Both the position numbers and the translations under genes were made by a program. Positions 39,601-49,900 of a DNA stretch of 64,000 nt are shown in pieces (position 1 is the first letter of the stretch; the number at the start of each line of letters is the position of its first letter). The notes below the pieces were generated by a model. That model ran no database searches, was not told the DNA's origin, and worked only from the letters and a program-made list of their open reading frames with translations. The stretch is from Azolla caroliniana (taxonomy: Eukaryota; Plantae; Polypodiophyta): NCBI GenBank assembly GCA_043228905.1, contig JBHGNT010000009.1:4340001-4404000 (forward strand). Direction: 5' to 3'.

Positions 39601-42261
39601 CCGGAGCACGCCTAGCAGGTATAGCTATACAAATATTGCTATATGCTCATGATATTGTGCTGATTTCTGACTCTCCGGAGGGAATACAAAGACATCTAAA
39701 TGCCTTCAAACTATTTTGTACGGACAAAGGTTTGTCAATCAACATAGATAAAACTAAAGTGATGGTGTTTAACACCACTCAAGCATGGGTAACAAGATCA
39801 GAATCAGAATTCTTCTTGGGAGAGGAAAAGGTGGAATACACACGCTCCTATACATACCTAGGAGTAACATTTATAGGACCTAGGCTCTCCTTACAGGAGG
39901 CTGCTTGTGCCCGACTTTCTCGTGGATATGCAACCCGTGGTGCTCTCGAGAGACAATGTGCACATTTGGAGTTCCAAGAGCCACAAACTAAGCTATGGTT
40001 ATTTGACACACTTGTCACACCAACTCTTCTCTATGGAGTAGAAACATGGGGACCGAGTCTTAACAAGGCAAATCATTGGAAAGATTTAGAGAGGCTTTTA
40101 GTGTCAATGATTGCTCGCATGATAAGGAGCAAAGCATCGGTGCCCCATGATATAATCCGGACAGAGATGGGAGCAGCACCTATAATCACCGAGGCATTGT
40201 TCCGATCAGTGACATTTATCCAACGTCTTTGGGAGTTCCCTAAACTAAGGTACTCAAGAGCACTTATGTCATCAAAACAACTTGGTGAATATGGAGATGT
40301 TCATTGTTGAAATGCAACAATGGTTCGAGTCACACAACGTAAACATAAATTCACTATCCCCTTTCCAATATAGCTTGGATTGTCCCATCTAAACATTACC
40401 AAAATGGAAAAGAATAGAGTGATCCAAATTGTTACTATTAACTTGGAAAACAAGATAGCATGGATCAACCCCAAATATCACTTCGTAGGAAACTTTTTAT
40501 GCACATCGGAAGGTGGATGTATTATCTATGGACATACATCTATCCTATGCACCGCACAGTAGCGAACTTCATCATATTGGTTAGAGATTGAAGTAGGTAG
40601 ATGTGCACAAATACCTCTCGAAGAAAGAATTTGCCAATTATCTCATCAGGGAGTGGAATCAGAAGAAAACTATATCACTGTAGTGTTTTTTATGAAATAA
40701 GAAAGAAAGATATATTAACGTCTTTTGAGACCAAAATTGGTCCATTTCCTCTTAAACAAGACTTTGGCCCACTTGGCAAGGTAATGAAATATGAGCACCA
40801 ATGGTGCTTGGGGCTTTTCTTACTAGAACTCTAGAGACATAGGGAAAAGATATTAAAGGACAATAGTACAACCACACAAGCTCATCAACAAAGAACAATC
40901 ACAACTTTCTTTAGCCCATCACACCTGCTTATGCTACAATTCAATCAAGGGTTACACAAATGGGCTCCCGACCAACACATAATGAAGGGGATACAATAGA
41001 TTGGGAAATAGCAATTTGTTGTGCACCTAGGCCTCGGCTCCATAGACCATGATCTAAACACCCTATCATTGATATCATAGGTGCTTCCCTCGCTTTGGAG
41101 ACTTCTCCATTTTGGATTGACCAATGCTAGAGATCTTTCAAAGGCAAAAATTATAATATATCTGATTTGAGAATCTTACATGTATCGATAACACAATTCT
41201 TTAGTCTCTTTTTATGTTATTTACTTTATTTACTCAGTAACATCTATTTATTTTGATTTGTTTTCAAAGACAAGACAATGCTGAAGATGTAATCTCTTGT
41301 TTGGTATTATAGGCCATTTTGGCGTCTTAAAAGACGTAAATATTTCTTTCTTTCATTCATTCTTTCTCTGTCTTTGGTATTGGGGCTGTACAATACTGTT
41401 AATTTATGTTAGAAGATTCCCTCAGCATTGATCATCCTTTAGATTGTTAACTCAGAAGTGTTGTGTAGGTGGTAAGAGCTGTGCAAGGTCAAATACCAGT
41501 GTACTTTGATGGGGGTATCCGGCGTGGTACCGATGTCTTCAAAGCCTTGGCTCTTGGTGCAGATGCCGTGCTAGTAAGTGCGACTATATTACATTTATAA
41601 GAGAATGTTGTACATTCTGGTCATCCTTATTAAATTGGTTAAAACACAAAAATACCCCTGGGCTCTGATTTGTTGGATATTCGCTAAAATACTCAAAACA
41701 ATACCACAATATCCCCCTTGTGGAGCAACATTCAATATGACAAAGGCCTATTTTGGTAAAATTTCAAAACTTTGGGTTAGTTTATTACTTATCTAACGAC
41801 GTAAATGGGTGGGTTTTTATGATGTTTCTCCCAATGAAATTTAGGGATTGTGGTGCTTTCTGTGAATCCATATTAAGGAATCTTATACTTATGGGCATGC
41901 ATATCAATTTTGATGGGAGGCTTTGTAGCTTCTTGGAATACATAAATTTTAACTTGATACTTCTGGGTATCCATATTAAATTTGAAGGCACTGTTGAAGT
42001 TTGAAGAGAATAATGTGCTTTTTGAGTATATTCCACGACCCTGGTAAGGGCCTTGATTCATTTTATTTGATTCATTGACAGGTTGGAAGACCCATCATCT
42101 TTGGCCTCGCAGTTGATGGAGAGGCTGGAGTTAGGAAAACACTGCAAATGCTTCGAGATGAACTGGAATTGAGTATGACCTTAGCTGGATGTTGTTCCAT
42201 AAAAGATATATCACGATCACATGTTCGAATGGGAAGTGGTCTTTGGGATTCTAGATTATGA
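15644..42261 (+). CDS. HAOX: Peroxisomal (S)-2-hydroxy-acid oxidase, glycolate oxidase family, long-chain HAOX/GLO4-like; 11 exons, 382 aa
   Basis: Exons 15644-15825, 19160-19284, 20184-20230, 20599-20676, 29059-29183, 29259-29331, 30046-30108, 35992-36061, 36277-36377, 41469-41573, 42082-42261. All introns are GT-AG and the exons join in frame (1149 nt). Motifs: [84 protein letters not shown]; C-terminal PTS1 SRL. Confidence 0.95.
16330..17975 (+). mobile_element. Older 5'-truncated RTEX-like LINE copy in HAOX intron 1
   Basis: Homologous to 39840-41350 ([11 protein letters not shown]; 3' end TTTGGCCTCTTAAAAGATGTTA). Internal duplication of about 200 bp at 17320-17710. Confidence 0.8.
22570..23030 (-). 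mobile_element. Two reverse-orientation LINE 3'-end fragments in HAOX intron 4
   Basis: 22570-22745 and 22915-23030 are reverse complements of the tail at 31260-31440. Confidence 0.85.
23100..28593 (-). mobile_element. Full-length but defective Ty1/copia LTR retrotransposon in HAOX intron 4
   Basis: LTRs 28151-28593 (5') and 23100-23542 (3'); 5-bp TSD GGGAT (23095-23099, 28594-28598). Degenerate Met-tRNA PBS TTGTATCAGAGT (28150-28139); PPT TGAGAGGAG next to the 3' LTR. Domain order: gag with zinc knuckle [14 protein letters not shown], protease [16 protein letters not shown], integrase, RT YVDD, RNase H YSDWAGD. Several stops and frameshifts. Confidence 0.97.
29343..29760. repeat. Two-copy tandem duplication of about 216 bp in HAOX intron 6
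   Basis: CTACTGATGCACAGGCCTA...ATGTCTTGGTACAT occurs twice. Confidence 0.85.
30200..31462 (+). mobile_element. Stacked LINE 3'-end fragments, including a second divergent family at 30557-31170
   Basis: Tails of the main family end at about 30260, 30540 and 31460. 30600-31091 encodes [27 protein letters not shown], an ORF2 C-terminal CCHC-like motif. Confidence 0.75.
31465..34098 (+). mobile_element. 5'-truncated copy of the same RTEX-like LINE in HAOX intron 7
   Basis: Colinear with 39250-41350 (RT through 3' tail), interrupted by the solo LTR at 31841-32551. Confidence 0.88.
31841..32551 (+). mobile_element. 5'-deleted solo LTR of the A/B/C family inside a LINE copy in HAOX intron 7
   Basis: GC-rich; TATAAAAGG near 31945; GTGCTGTCGGA.TGGGAA shared with LTR C; ends CGTGGATTTCCACGACA like LTR A. 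The left end and about 250 bp of the LINE are deleted. Confidence 0.8.
34565..34807. mobile_element. Truncated hAT-like MITE
   Basis: Repeated AGAATACG subterminal motif and right end ACAACTATG (CATAGT-type terminus); left end missing. Confidence 0.5.
34857..35256. mobile_element. LTR-like insertion carrying a tRNA-like A/B-box segment (34891-34945, minus strand)
   Basis: Ends TGTTAAGAA and TTCTTAGCG; minus strand CCTAGTGGTTAAGG...AAGTTCAAATCTCT. Interrupts a LINE fragment. Confidence 0.4.
36600..41370 (+). mobile_element. Near full-length two-ORF non-LTR retrotransposon (RTEX-like) in HAOX intron 9, decayed
   Basis: 5' UTR with roughly 24-bp repeats. ORF1 36827-37543 (coiled coil, IYLDDDLT motif). 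ORF2 from 37549: endonuclease IWNCNG, GGVAVLY, LGDFN; [23 protein letters not shown]; C-terminal LEIEVGR..ERICQL. Long 3' UTR ending in a (TTTC)-like tail. The clade assignment is an inference. Confidence 0.88.
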
Positions 42262-43252
42262 CTAATGATTGTGTGAACATTAAGTATATTGTGAATAATA
42301 GGTGAAAATGGACATGTAATCCTTTCCCCTATCACTCCATGTCGAGAGTCAGATTCATCATGGCTAATGGTCTTTTCATATTACTCATGAATGAGAGTTT
42401 TTTTTTCCACATTTAAATTGATTGATAATGTCTTCCATTTCTTTTCTTCTTTTGGTGTTGTAAGCCTAGCAATAAGCTTCCTACTTAATCAACTTACTAG
42501 TTAAATAATGTTTGGAGCATTGTCAAAGACTTGCATTGCAAGAGTCTCATAGTTAGGACATGAATATGGACGAGGTTGTTGCTGAAGACATTTTACTTAC
42601 ATGCGAGCTAGGAGAAAAAGAGCCTTATTGATCAGATAGGCGAAGACGTTCTTTGAGAATCTTCTAGAGAATATTAGAATTGACGTTGGTAAATAACTTG
42701 TGTAGGAATTCAATCTTTGATTAATTTCAGTCATGGGAGTGAATACCTTTCATCACATAGGTTATATTTGATTCATATACATGATTGGGATAGAGTATAG
42801 TAGGTCAAGGTCCAAAGGAACCTTCAACAAATTGTGTGAACATGTTGTGATAGTTAATAGCCAATAGAGCATATGATGAGCCATATGAAGTCATTGTCGG
42901 GAGGTGAATATCATCTAGTTACCTAATGATGTAAGAAATGAGTTTGATGAGTAGTTGACATTGATTTTTCCAATCTACAAAAAAAGAAAATCGCCATCCA
43001 AGTAGGATTTTACGAGAGATTTTCTAAGCTTGATGGAAGTGAGGCCTATTTCATATTCATGATAACAAACACTTTTTCATTTGCTCATCTCACTCACGAT
43101 GAACACACATTGGAATGAATATTTATCCTTTTCGTTGAGTCAGCCAAGGCGGGGAATGTTCGAGAATGGCAAGGGCAGAAAACACAAAGTGCAATTAACT
43201 AGCCATGGATCAAGGGGTTCACAAGAAATCCTCATAGACCTTCTTGCTAATG

Positions 43253-43608
43253 ATTAACAATTGGCAATGCTTCGGTTCGGTTTGTGAGGGTCAAAACTGA
43301 ACCGGTTTGGAACCGAATTGTTTAAAATTTTTGAAACCTGAACTGAACCACGAAACCGTTAAAACCGCAGTTTCGTGGTTCAGTTTTGGTTTTCAACTTA
43401 GGTCAAATTTTAAAATTTTAAAATTTTAAAGATGTTCCTATTAAGGTATAAAAATGAAAAGATTGTTTAAAAACAATTTTTTAAATTTAAAAAAAATAAT
43501 AAACCATTAAACCGTTTAAACCCTCGGTTTTTGACTGTTGAAACCGAACCTTGAAACCGTTGAGCTGTTAAGCCGTGGTTTCGTGGTTGGGTTTTGGTAG
43601 TTACTAAT
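43253..43608. mobile_element. DNA transposon/MITE remnant upstream of ELOC
   Basis: Dense AAACCG/CGGTT motifs at both ends around an AT-rich core, like 59523-60429. TIR and TSD are degenerate. Confidence 0.55.
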
Positions 43609-44030
43609 GATCGAGATCTTCGTGCCTCAACTGTTGGGATGAGGACAAATTGCACATGGTTCTAATATGCCTGACAAGAATTGGGGGTTTTAATGAAGAG
43701 CTGCCGCGAGTGAACAAGCGAAGTCTTTACTGGTTCAAAAGTGTGAAGACGAAGAAAGATTCCAGAGTTGCCGGTAATGCCGGATACAAAAGCACAAACT
43801 CACAAAAGCACAAAAGCACAAACTCACAAAAGCACAAAAGCACAAAAGCAAAATAGAAAAAAGAAAGCAAAAAGCAAAAAGAATTATACACAGTTAGGGA
43901 GGTATATATGTAAATGTGCCATTTTTCACGACAGAGTTTAGGATTGGGTCACGAACTCTGCACGATTAGGGTTAGGGTTGCGAAGCCTGCGCTCTTTCCT
44001 TATTAGCGAAGGAGACAGACAGACAGAGAA

Positions 44031-45667
44031 ATGAGGAAAGAGGACACTGTGAAACTGATTAGCGCAGAAGGATTCGAATTCGTTATTGATAAATCTGCTG
44101 CGCTCGTCTCAAATACCCTTAAAAATATGCTCACATCTTCAGGTCCCCCCCCCCCCCCCCCCCCTCTCTTCCCTCCCTTTCTTTTCTTTTGATTTAGTTT
44201 TGTTCCATTTAGTGTCATGTCATTTCTTCTTAGTCCATCCTAAATTTCATTCGGTTTCATATGAATTCGGTGTCAGTTTTCTATTTTCATTTGATTAAAT
44301 TTCATTTCAGTTTGTCTCATCTCATTTCTGTCCCTTTTCCCTGTCATCTTCCTTCTTTTTCTACGTTTTAATTCGTTTATTCTAACATCAATTTTCATTT
44401 TTTTCCGCCTTTTTTTCTGGTATTTGCTGTATCAATTCCTTTTTTTCGATTTCAGGAAGCTTTACAGAGACAGAATTTGGTGTTGTGAGATTTCCCGAAA
44501 TTAGCACTCGCATTCTGGAGAAAGTTTGTCAGTATTTCTACTGGTCCCTTCAGTTTGCAAGGTTTGTTCTCATTCTTCATTTTTTCCTAATGGATTTGAT
44601 TTCTGCATATGTATGAACGTACATACATGTGTGTGCTCCTTATATATCTGTATGTATGCTCCTCTTGTAATTTTTCCTGGCACTATGTATTGAATTGGAA
44701 TTTAGCATGTGAACTATAAATCCACTCTTATGTCAAAATATAGATAGAATACCTGTCTTTAAATCAAAGATAGGTTTTCCATTTCAAATAAGATACTGTA
44801 AGTCATCTCAAATTTTTTATCTAATCACCATTTAAAATAGAGTTTTGAAATAGAGATTTGAGATATCATTTCAAGAATGGAGATTAGATTGTCATTTCGA
44901 GAATAGAGATAGAATCATCTTTACAGTAGTGTTGACCGATGATGGTATCGCATCATGTGGAAGTCGAAGCAGATTGAACCACTATGTCAACATAATGACA
45001 TGATTGAATTCTTCATGTCAGAAACATTGAATTATGATGTCAAAAACAGATATGTGATCATGTGAAACATAAATTGAATCATCTTGATGTCGAAAAGAGA
45101 TTCAATCATAATATCAAAGCAGATAGTTCAACCGATGAAACAGAGATAAAACAATCTTAAGGTCTAATAGAGATTTAACCACGCTATTATTATGCATTGC
45201 ATGAGAGAGATTGAATTGGTGTGTCAACATAGAGATTGATGCAAAGCAAATAGGACAAACTGTGAAACAGAAATAAAATATTCTTAAGTTCTAATAGAGA
45301 TTTAACGACGATGTGAGAAATGAATCCTTATGCCAATGTAGAGATCGAAGCAATATATGCCAAAATGATCGAATCATTTAGACTAATACATCCAATCTTG
45401 GAAATAAACAAGACCTTTATTTATTTATTACACTTTCACGAACTTGTTGCATTATGAGCATTGCAAAGAATAGATTGAATAATTTGATATTCAAATTGAC
45501 ATACAAGCATTTGGGGAACAAACTCGAGTATTTCAGAGTTATTTCTATTTTAATTCTGCTCTTCTGAACTTGACCCTTCTAAATGCAGTGGCAAAGAAGT
45601 GGAGTTCCACATTGAGCCTGAAATTACTCTGGAGCTTATGATGGCAGCCAACTATTTACACACATGA
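44031..45667 (+). CDS. ELOC: Elongin C (SKP1/BTB-fold, TCEB1 homolog); 3 exons, 98 aa
   Basis: Exons 44031-44142, 44456-44561, 45589-45667, GT-AG, 297 nt. Translation MRKEDTVKLISAEGFEFVIDKSAALVSNTLKNMLTSSGSFTETEFGVVRFPEISTRILEKVCQYFYWSLQFASGKEVEFHIEPEITLELMMAANYLHT is the characteristic plant Elongin C sequence. Not called in this frame by the ORF track. Confidence 0.95.
44840..45360. repeat. Very degenerate minisatellite of about 30-35 bp in ELOC intron 2
   Basis: Recurring AGAGATTGAAT...TGTCAA motif. Confidence 0.5.
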
Positions 45668-48314
45668 ATGAAGCATTTTTTGTATTTAATTGAGGATTTC
45701 TATCTGTTCAGATAACACATGTCTGGATTTCTGAACGTGGGTTTTCTTGCACACATTGTATAATTTGATCCCAAGTTAAATGGGTATAACAGAATTTGAA
45801 CTCTCTTGTTAATATAATCAAATAGCTCATGCATATTTTATAACCAGATTTGTTTGATGTGTGGAAACTACCCAAATAAATGAAATTGGATCTCTTTGCT
45901 ATTTATATGATTTACGTTTAGTTTGAAATGGATGTTAACTCTATAAACAATTACAAGTTAAGAGCGGGATAGGAATCTCTTCGCATCAGAGTTACATGTC
46001 TGATGTTTTTATGTTGGTGTCATGCAAAATGACATGGTGATCTCATAGCTCATCTAGATAAACATTGGTCAGACTTGAAATGATAATATTTGTCTTGACC
46101 AATGTAGACTTGGTCAAATATTATGAGTTATCCTGATAGTTGTTTTTATACCATGAAAACATAGGGTGAGGTAAGTTAATAAGAGGTGTTTATGCTTATG
46201 ACTGATATATTAATTTACATCATTAAAGATCCTGTAAGTCATTCAAACTATTTAAGCTGTGATTTCAAGCTTGATAAGTCATCAAAAGTTGAACCAATAC
46301 AATTGCAAACCGATCCAGCTATTCACGGAAGGGAAATGATGAAAGTGACTGCGTTCCTACATGAGCATTGATAGCTATCCATCCTAACATACGCACAAAG
46401 TGCCATATATAATTCAGCAAGGCAGAAACAAATGCACCCAAATAAATGGCGGGTTTTTAAAGGGAGGCACATCCATCACATGAATCATGCATGTAGATAA
46501 ATTACAGCAACCTATTGTTACCATGTGTGAAATGAATGTCCTACGCTAATCTATACAACTATTTATTCTACCCTCTTTGCAATTTTGGTATATGTAGGAC
46601 TCTTCTCAACCTATTGTGACGCATGTAGATTGAACATAGCTTCAATGATTATTTTAGACACGAGCCCAAGCAAATCCAATCAAGCCCCGTTTTGTGGTTT
46701 GAGATTGGTAGAAGACATTTGATTTGTCAACCGTGTATTTTATTATTATTATTTCAAAACAAAAGTGCCAAAAGTCAACAAATTGAAATGTGAATACAAC
46801 TCATACTATCCTCCCTTTATGGGTGGAAACAATTGGGCAAAAAGAAAACATTAGAGGTAGAATGTGGTAGGTATCCTTGAAGTTCAAACTCAAGTACCTG
46901 AATATGACATTTGTACACATGCCATATAATCAGTTCGGAGTTCCCTTTTGTTGTATGAATCAAGATTCAACAAACAAATTAGATAACATTATTTCATCCT
47001 CAAAGACCAGTTCCACAATTCATGAGTTGTTTATCGGTCCCAAACTCATTGGCATGTGGGGAAACATGTAATAAGTATCAAAATTTTGTCGAGCGGATTG
47101 ACTAAAACGAGGCAAGGATGATAACAATGTTTAAGAATCGTCACATCATCATATTACAAAGACCAAACGATTCGAATGAGTACGTTGTCAATAGGCATGC
47201 AAACAAATAGATTCGTGAAAGCTCGCAATAGAAGTTACATAGGATGACATGCATCCCGCATATCCAGATGCACGAGGGGATCGAAATAACACATCCCAAC
47301 GTAGCCTTGACCATAATCTGGCAGGTTTTTGTCCCTGGCAGCATTTTTAAGAAACTATGGGACTGACGTTTTTCGTGAGATTGTGTCGCCGGCACGACAC
47401 GTTCTGTCATTTTTAAGGTTTCCATGACCACCCCAACATCACAAAGTTTTTCCACTTCCACACAAAAACTAATTCATTGTCAATTGAGATATGAAATGGT
47501 GCTCCTCACTGCATTTGCATGTGTGGTGGACAAAATAATAATAATTTCAAATAATTCTAAAAGCCCAAAAAAGGAAAGACAAGATTCCCAAATAGGAAAG
47601 TGCAGGAAGAAGCTTGCAGAAAGAGGAAGAAGAAGAAGCATCTGGAAAGCTCTGCAACTTCCCCCCATAAATTTGGATTCAGAAAAGACCGAAAACCTCA
47701 GAATCGGAAGGAGAAACAGAAATTAAAGAACGAAAAGAAGCTCGAAAGAGGGAAAAGGCTCGAAATTTCTCTGTGTGAGTTAATCTCTCTCAGTTTTTTC
47801 TTCCATTTTGTTTTCTTTTGGTTTAATTGTTCGCGAGTGTTTTTCTGGAATATGGTTATGAAGCTCCTTTTTTCCCTGAATTCGATTATGATGCATTGTA
47901 TCTCTCCCTTTTCTTCATTTTCCTTCTCCGCTGTTTCTTAAGATGATTTTTTCGTCGACATTATTCTCTCTACGGTTTTGGTGAGGAGTTATTTCTCGCT
48001 AACTAGATGTTTTTCCTGCTTTCTGGCTAAAGCAAATAGGTAGAGGTAGTTTGTTTTACATGTTCATGTAATTGGCGAATAGTTGTCTTTATTCGTGCAA
48101 CTCCTTAATTTGTGCAGTTGATTTGTCTTCTTTTTCAACATACAAAGCATGTTTTTGATTTTTTGCTGTCTCTGAGAGAGACCGAGACCGAGACGAAGAA
48201 GAGTGAATACTCAGACCAGTGGTAAAAAGAGCAGACATGAATTGCCACCACAAGCACTCATTTTGCATGTGCGTGGTGGATGGAACTTTAAATATATAAT
48301 AAAAATATGATAGT

Positions 48315-48350
48315 TTCGTGAAATTTTGAAGTATTAAAAAATATATATAA
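48315..48350 (+). promoter_or_regulatory. Imperfect heat-shock element plus TATA-like box upstream of the sHSP
   Basis: TTCgtGAAatTTT at 48315-48327 followed by TATATATAA at about 48342, roughly 80 nt before the ATG. Confidence 0.4.
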
Positions 48351-48424
48351 TAGAGATATAATCTGGTGGTACCTTTTTTCTTTTTTCTTCAGCTCTCTCG
48401 CAGTGTATTCTTGTGTGTCTGTAA

Positions 48425-49161
48425 ATGGCACTTCTTCTCGGTGGACCAGATGTTTTTGATCCTTTGAACTTTGATTCGTTGCTATGGGGAGATAAAAGAA
48501 GCTCTTCTGCCACTCCTCGTGATGTGGCTACAGTGCCCGTGGATTGGAAGGAGACATCAGATTCTCACATATTTAAGGCTAACCTACCAGGTCTTGTTAT
48601 TTTTCAACACTTTTCATCTCTTTCATGTATTGTCTCATATGAGTTATGCACTGATGCCACTCAATTCATAGTAGAAGCAGGTTAATTCGATTCATAGTAA
48701 ACATAACTAAAATCATATCTGAGTATGTGAAGTTTCTTTTGACATCACTAAAAATGCTCTGAATTTAATTTAAGTGAAACTAAAACTAACATCTGAGTAA
48801 GAAGTATCTGTTATAGGGGTTTAAGATATCAAGAAAACTAACAATGATGTTATAACACAATACAATTGTTGTCATCACACAATCCTCTCTTTACACAGGA
48901 GTCTCAAAAGAAGAGGTGAAAGTGGAGGTAGATGAAGGGCGCGTGCTTCAGATCAGTGGCGAGCGGAAAAAGGAAGAGGCAGCAGAGGGTGATAGGTGGC
49001 ACCGTACTGAAAGGACTTCGGGCCGCTTCTTGCGGCGATTTCGCCTACCGGAGAATGCAAAGGTAGACGATGTGAAAGCAAGTATGGAGAATGGGGTGCT
49101 CACTCTTATTATCTCAAAAATCCCAAAGCCTACCCCCAAGACCATCGAAATTTCTGGTTAG
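48425..49161 (+). CDS. HSP20: Small heat-shock protein, cytosolic class I type (alpha-crystallin domain); 2 exons, 142 aa
   Basis: Exons 48425-48590 and 48899-49161, GT-AG, 429 nt. Motifs [72 protein letters not shown]-terminal IEISG. Confidence 0.93.
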
Positions 49162-49228
49162 AAGTTGTGTGTATGTGTACAGATTAGATGAATAGATTAT
49201 AAAGAATTCTGGTTATTCAGTCTATGGA

Positions 49229-49283
<55 letters not shown>

Positions 49284-49719
49284 ACAGATTAGCCGAATAG
49301 ATTTATTGATCCGGAAAACCTCCATGAAAGCGAAGATATCATAAACATAACAATAATATAATGTATGTATATTAAAAACTGTAGCACACAGTACCACGGG
49401 ACAGGGGGAGCTCGTTATAGAGATACAGATTTTGTTTTTACACTGTTGTTCGAAGCATGTGCACTGCGATTTGGCAGACATTTCTTACTTTGTAAGAACC
49501 GATCCAAGAAAGATTTTGTAGATAACACCTATTTTGGAATGACATATTTTAAGTAGTCTTGGTTATGTTTCTTGACTGCAGTATTTATCTCATTAAATTG
49601 TCTGCTTGTTTTTGTCTTTGTACGAACCAGTCCAAGCAAGATGATTTAGGAATGACATGATCTTTAGTATTTATATCATTAATTTGTATATGACATGTGT
49701 GATAAACGTAAATATTCTG

Positions 49720-49900
49720 TCAACTATTTGCTATATGTGGAAAATATTGTCTTTTCGGTCTCTTGTGAACTCTTATTTTATGTGCATGTTGTCTTGTCAA
49801 CTATTAGCTATATGTGGATTCTGGAACATATTGTCTTTCGGTCTCTTGAACTCTTATTTTATGTGCATGTTGTCTTGTCAACTATTTGCTATATGTGCAG
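49720..49900. repeat. Tandem duplication of about 79 bp downstream of the sHSP
   Basis: GTCAACTATT.GCTATATGTG...GTGCATGTTGTCTT repeated about 2.3 times. Confidence 0.8.

Noticed and set aside
47141-47941. Several ORFs of about 100 aa upstream of the sHSP
   Set aside because: Low-complexity purine or pyrimidine tracts with no recognisable domain; more likely UTR and intron.
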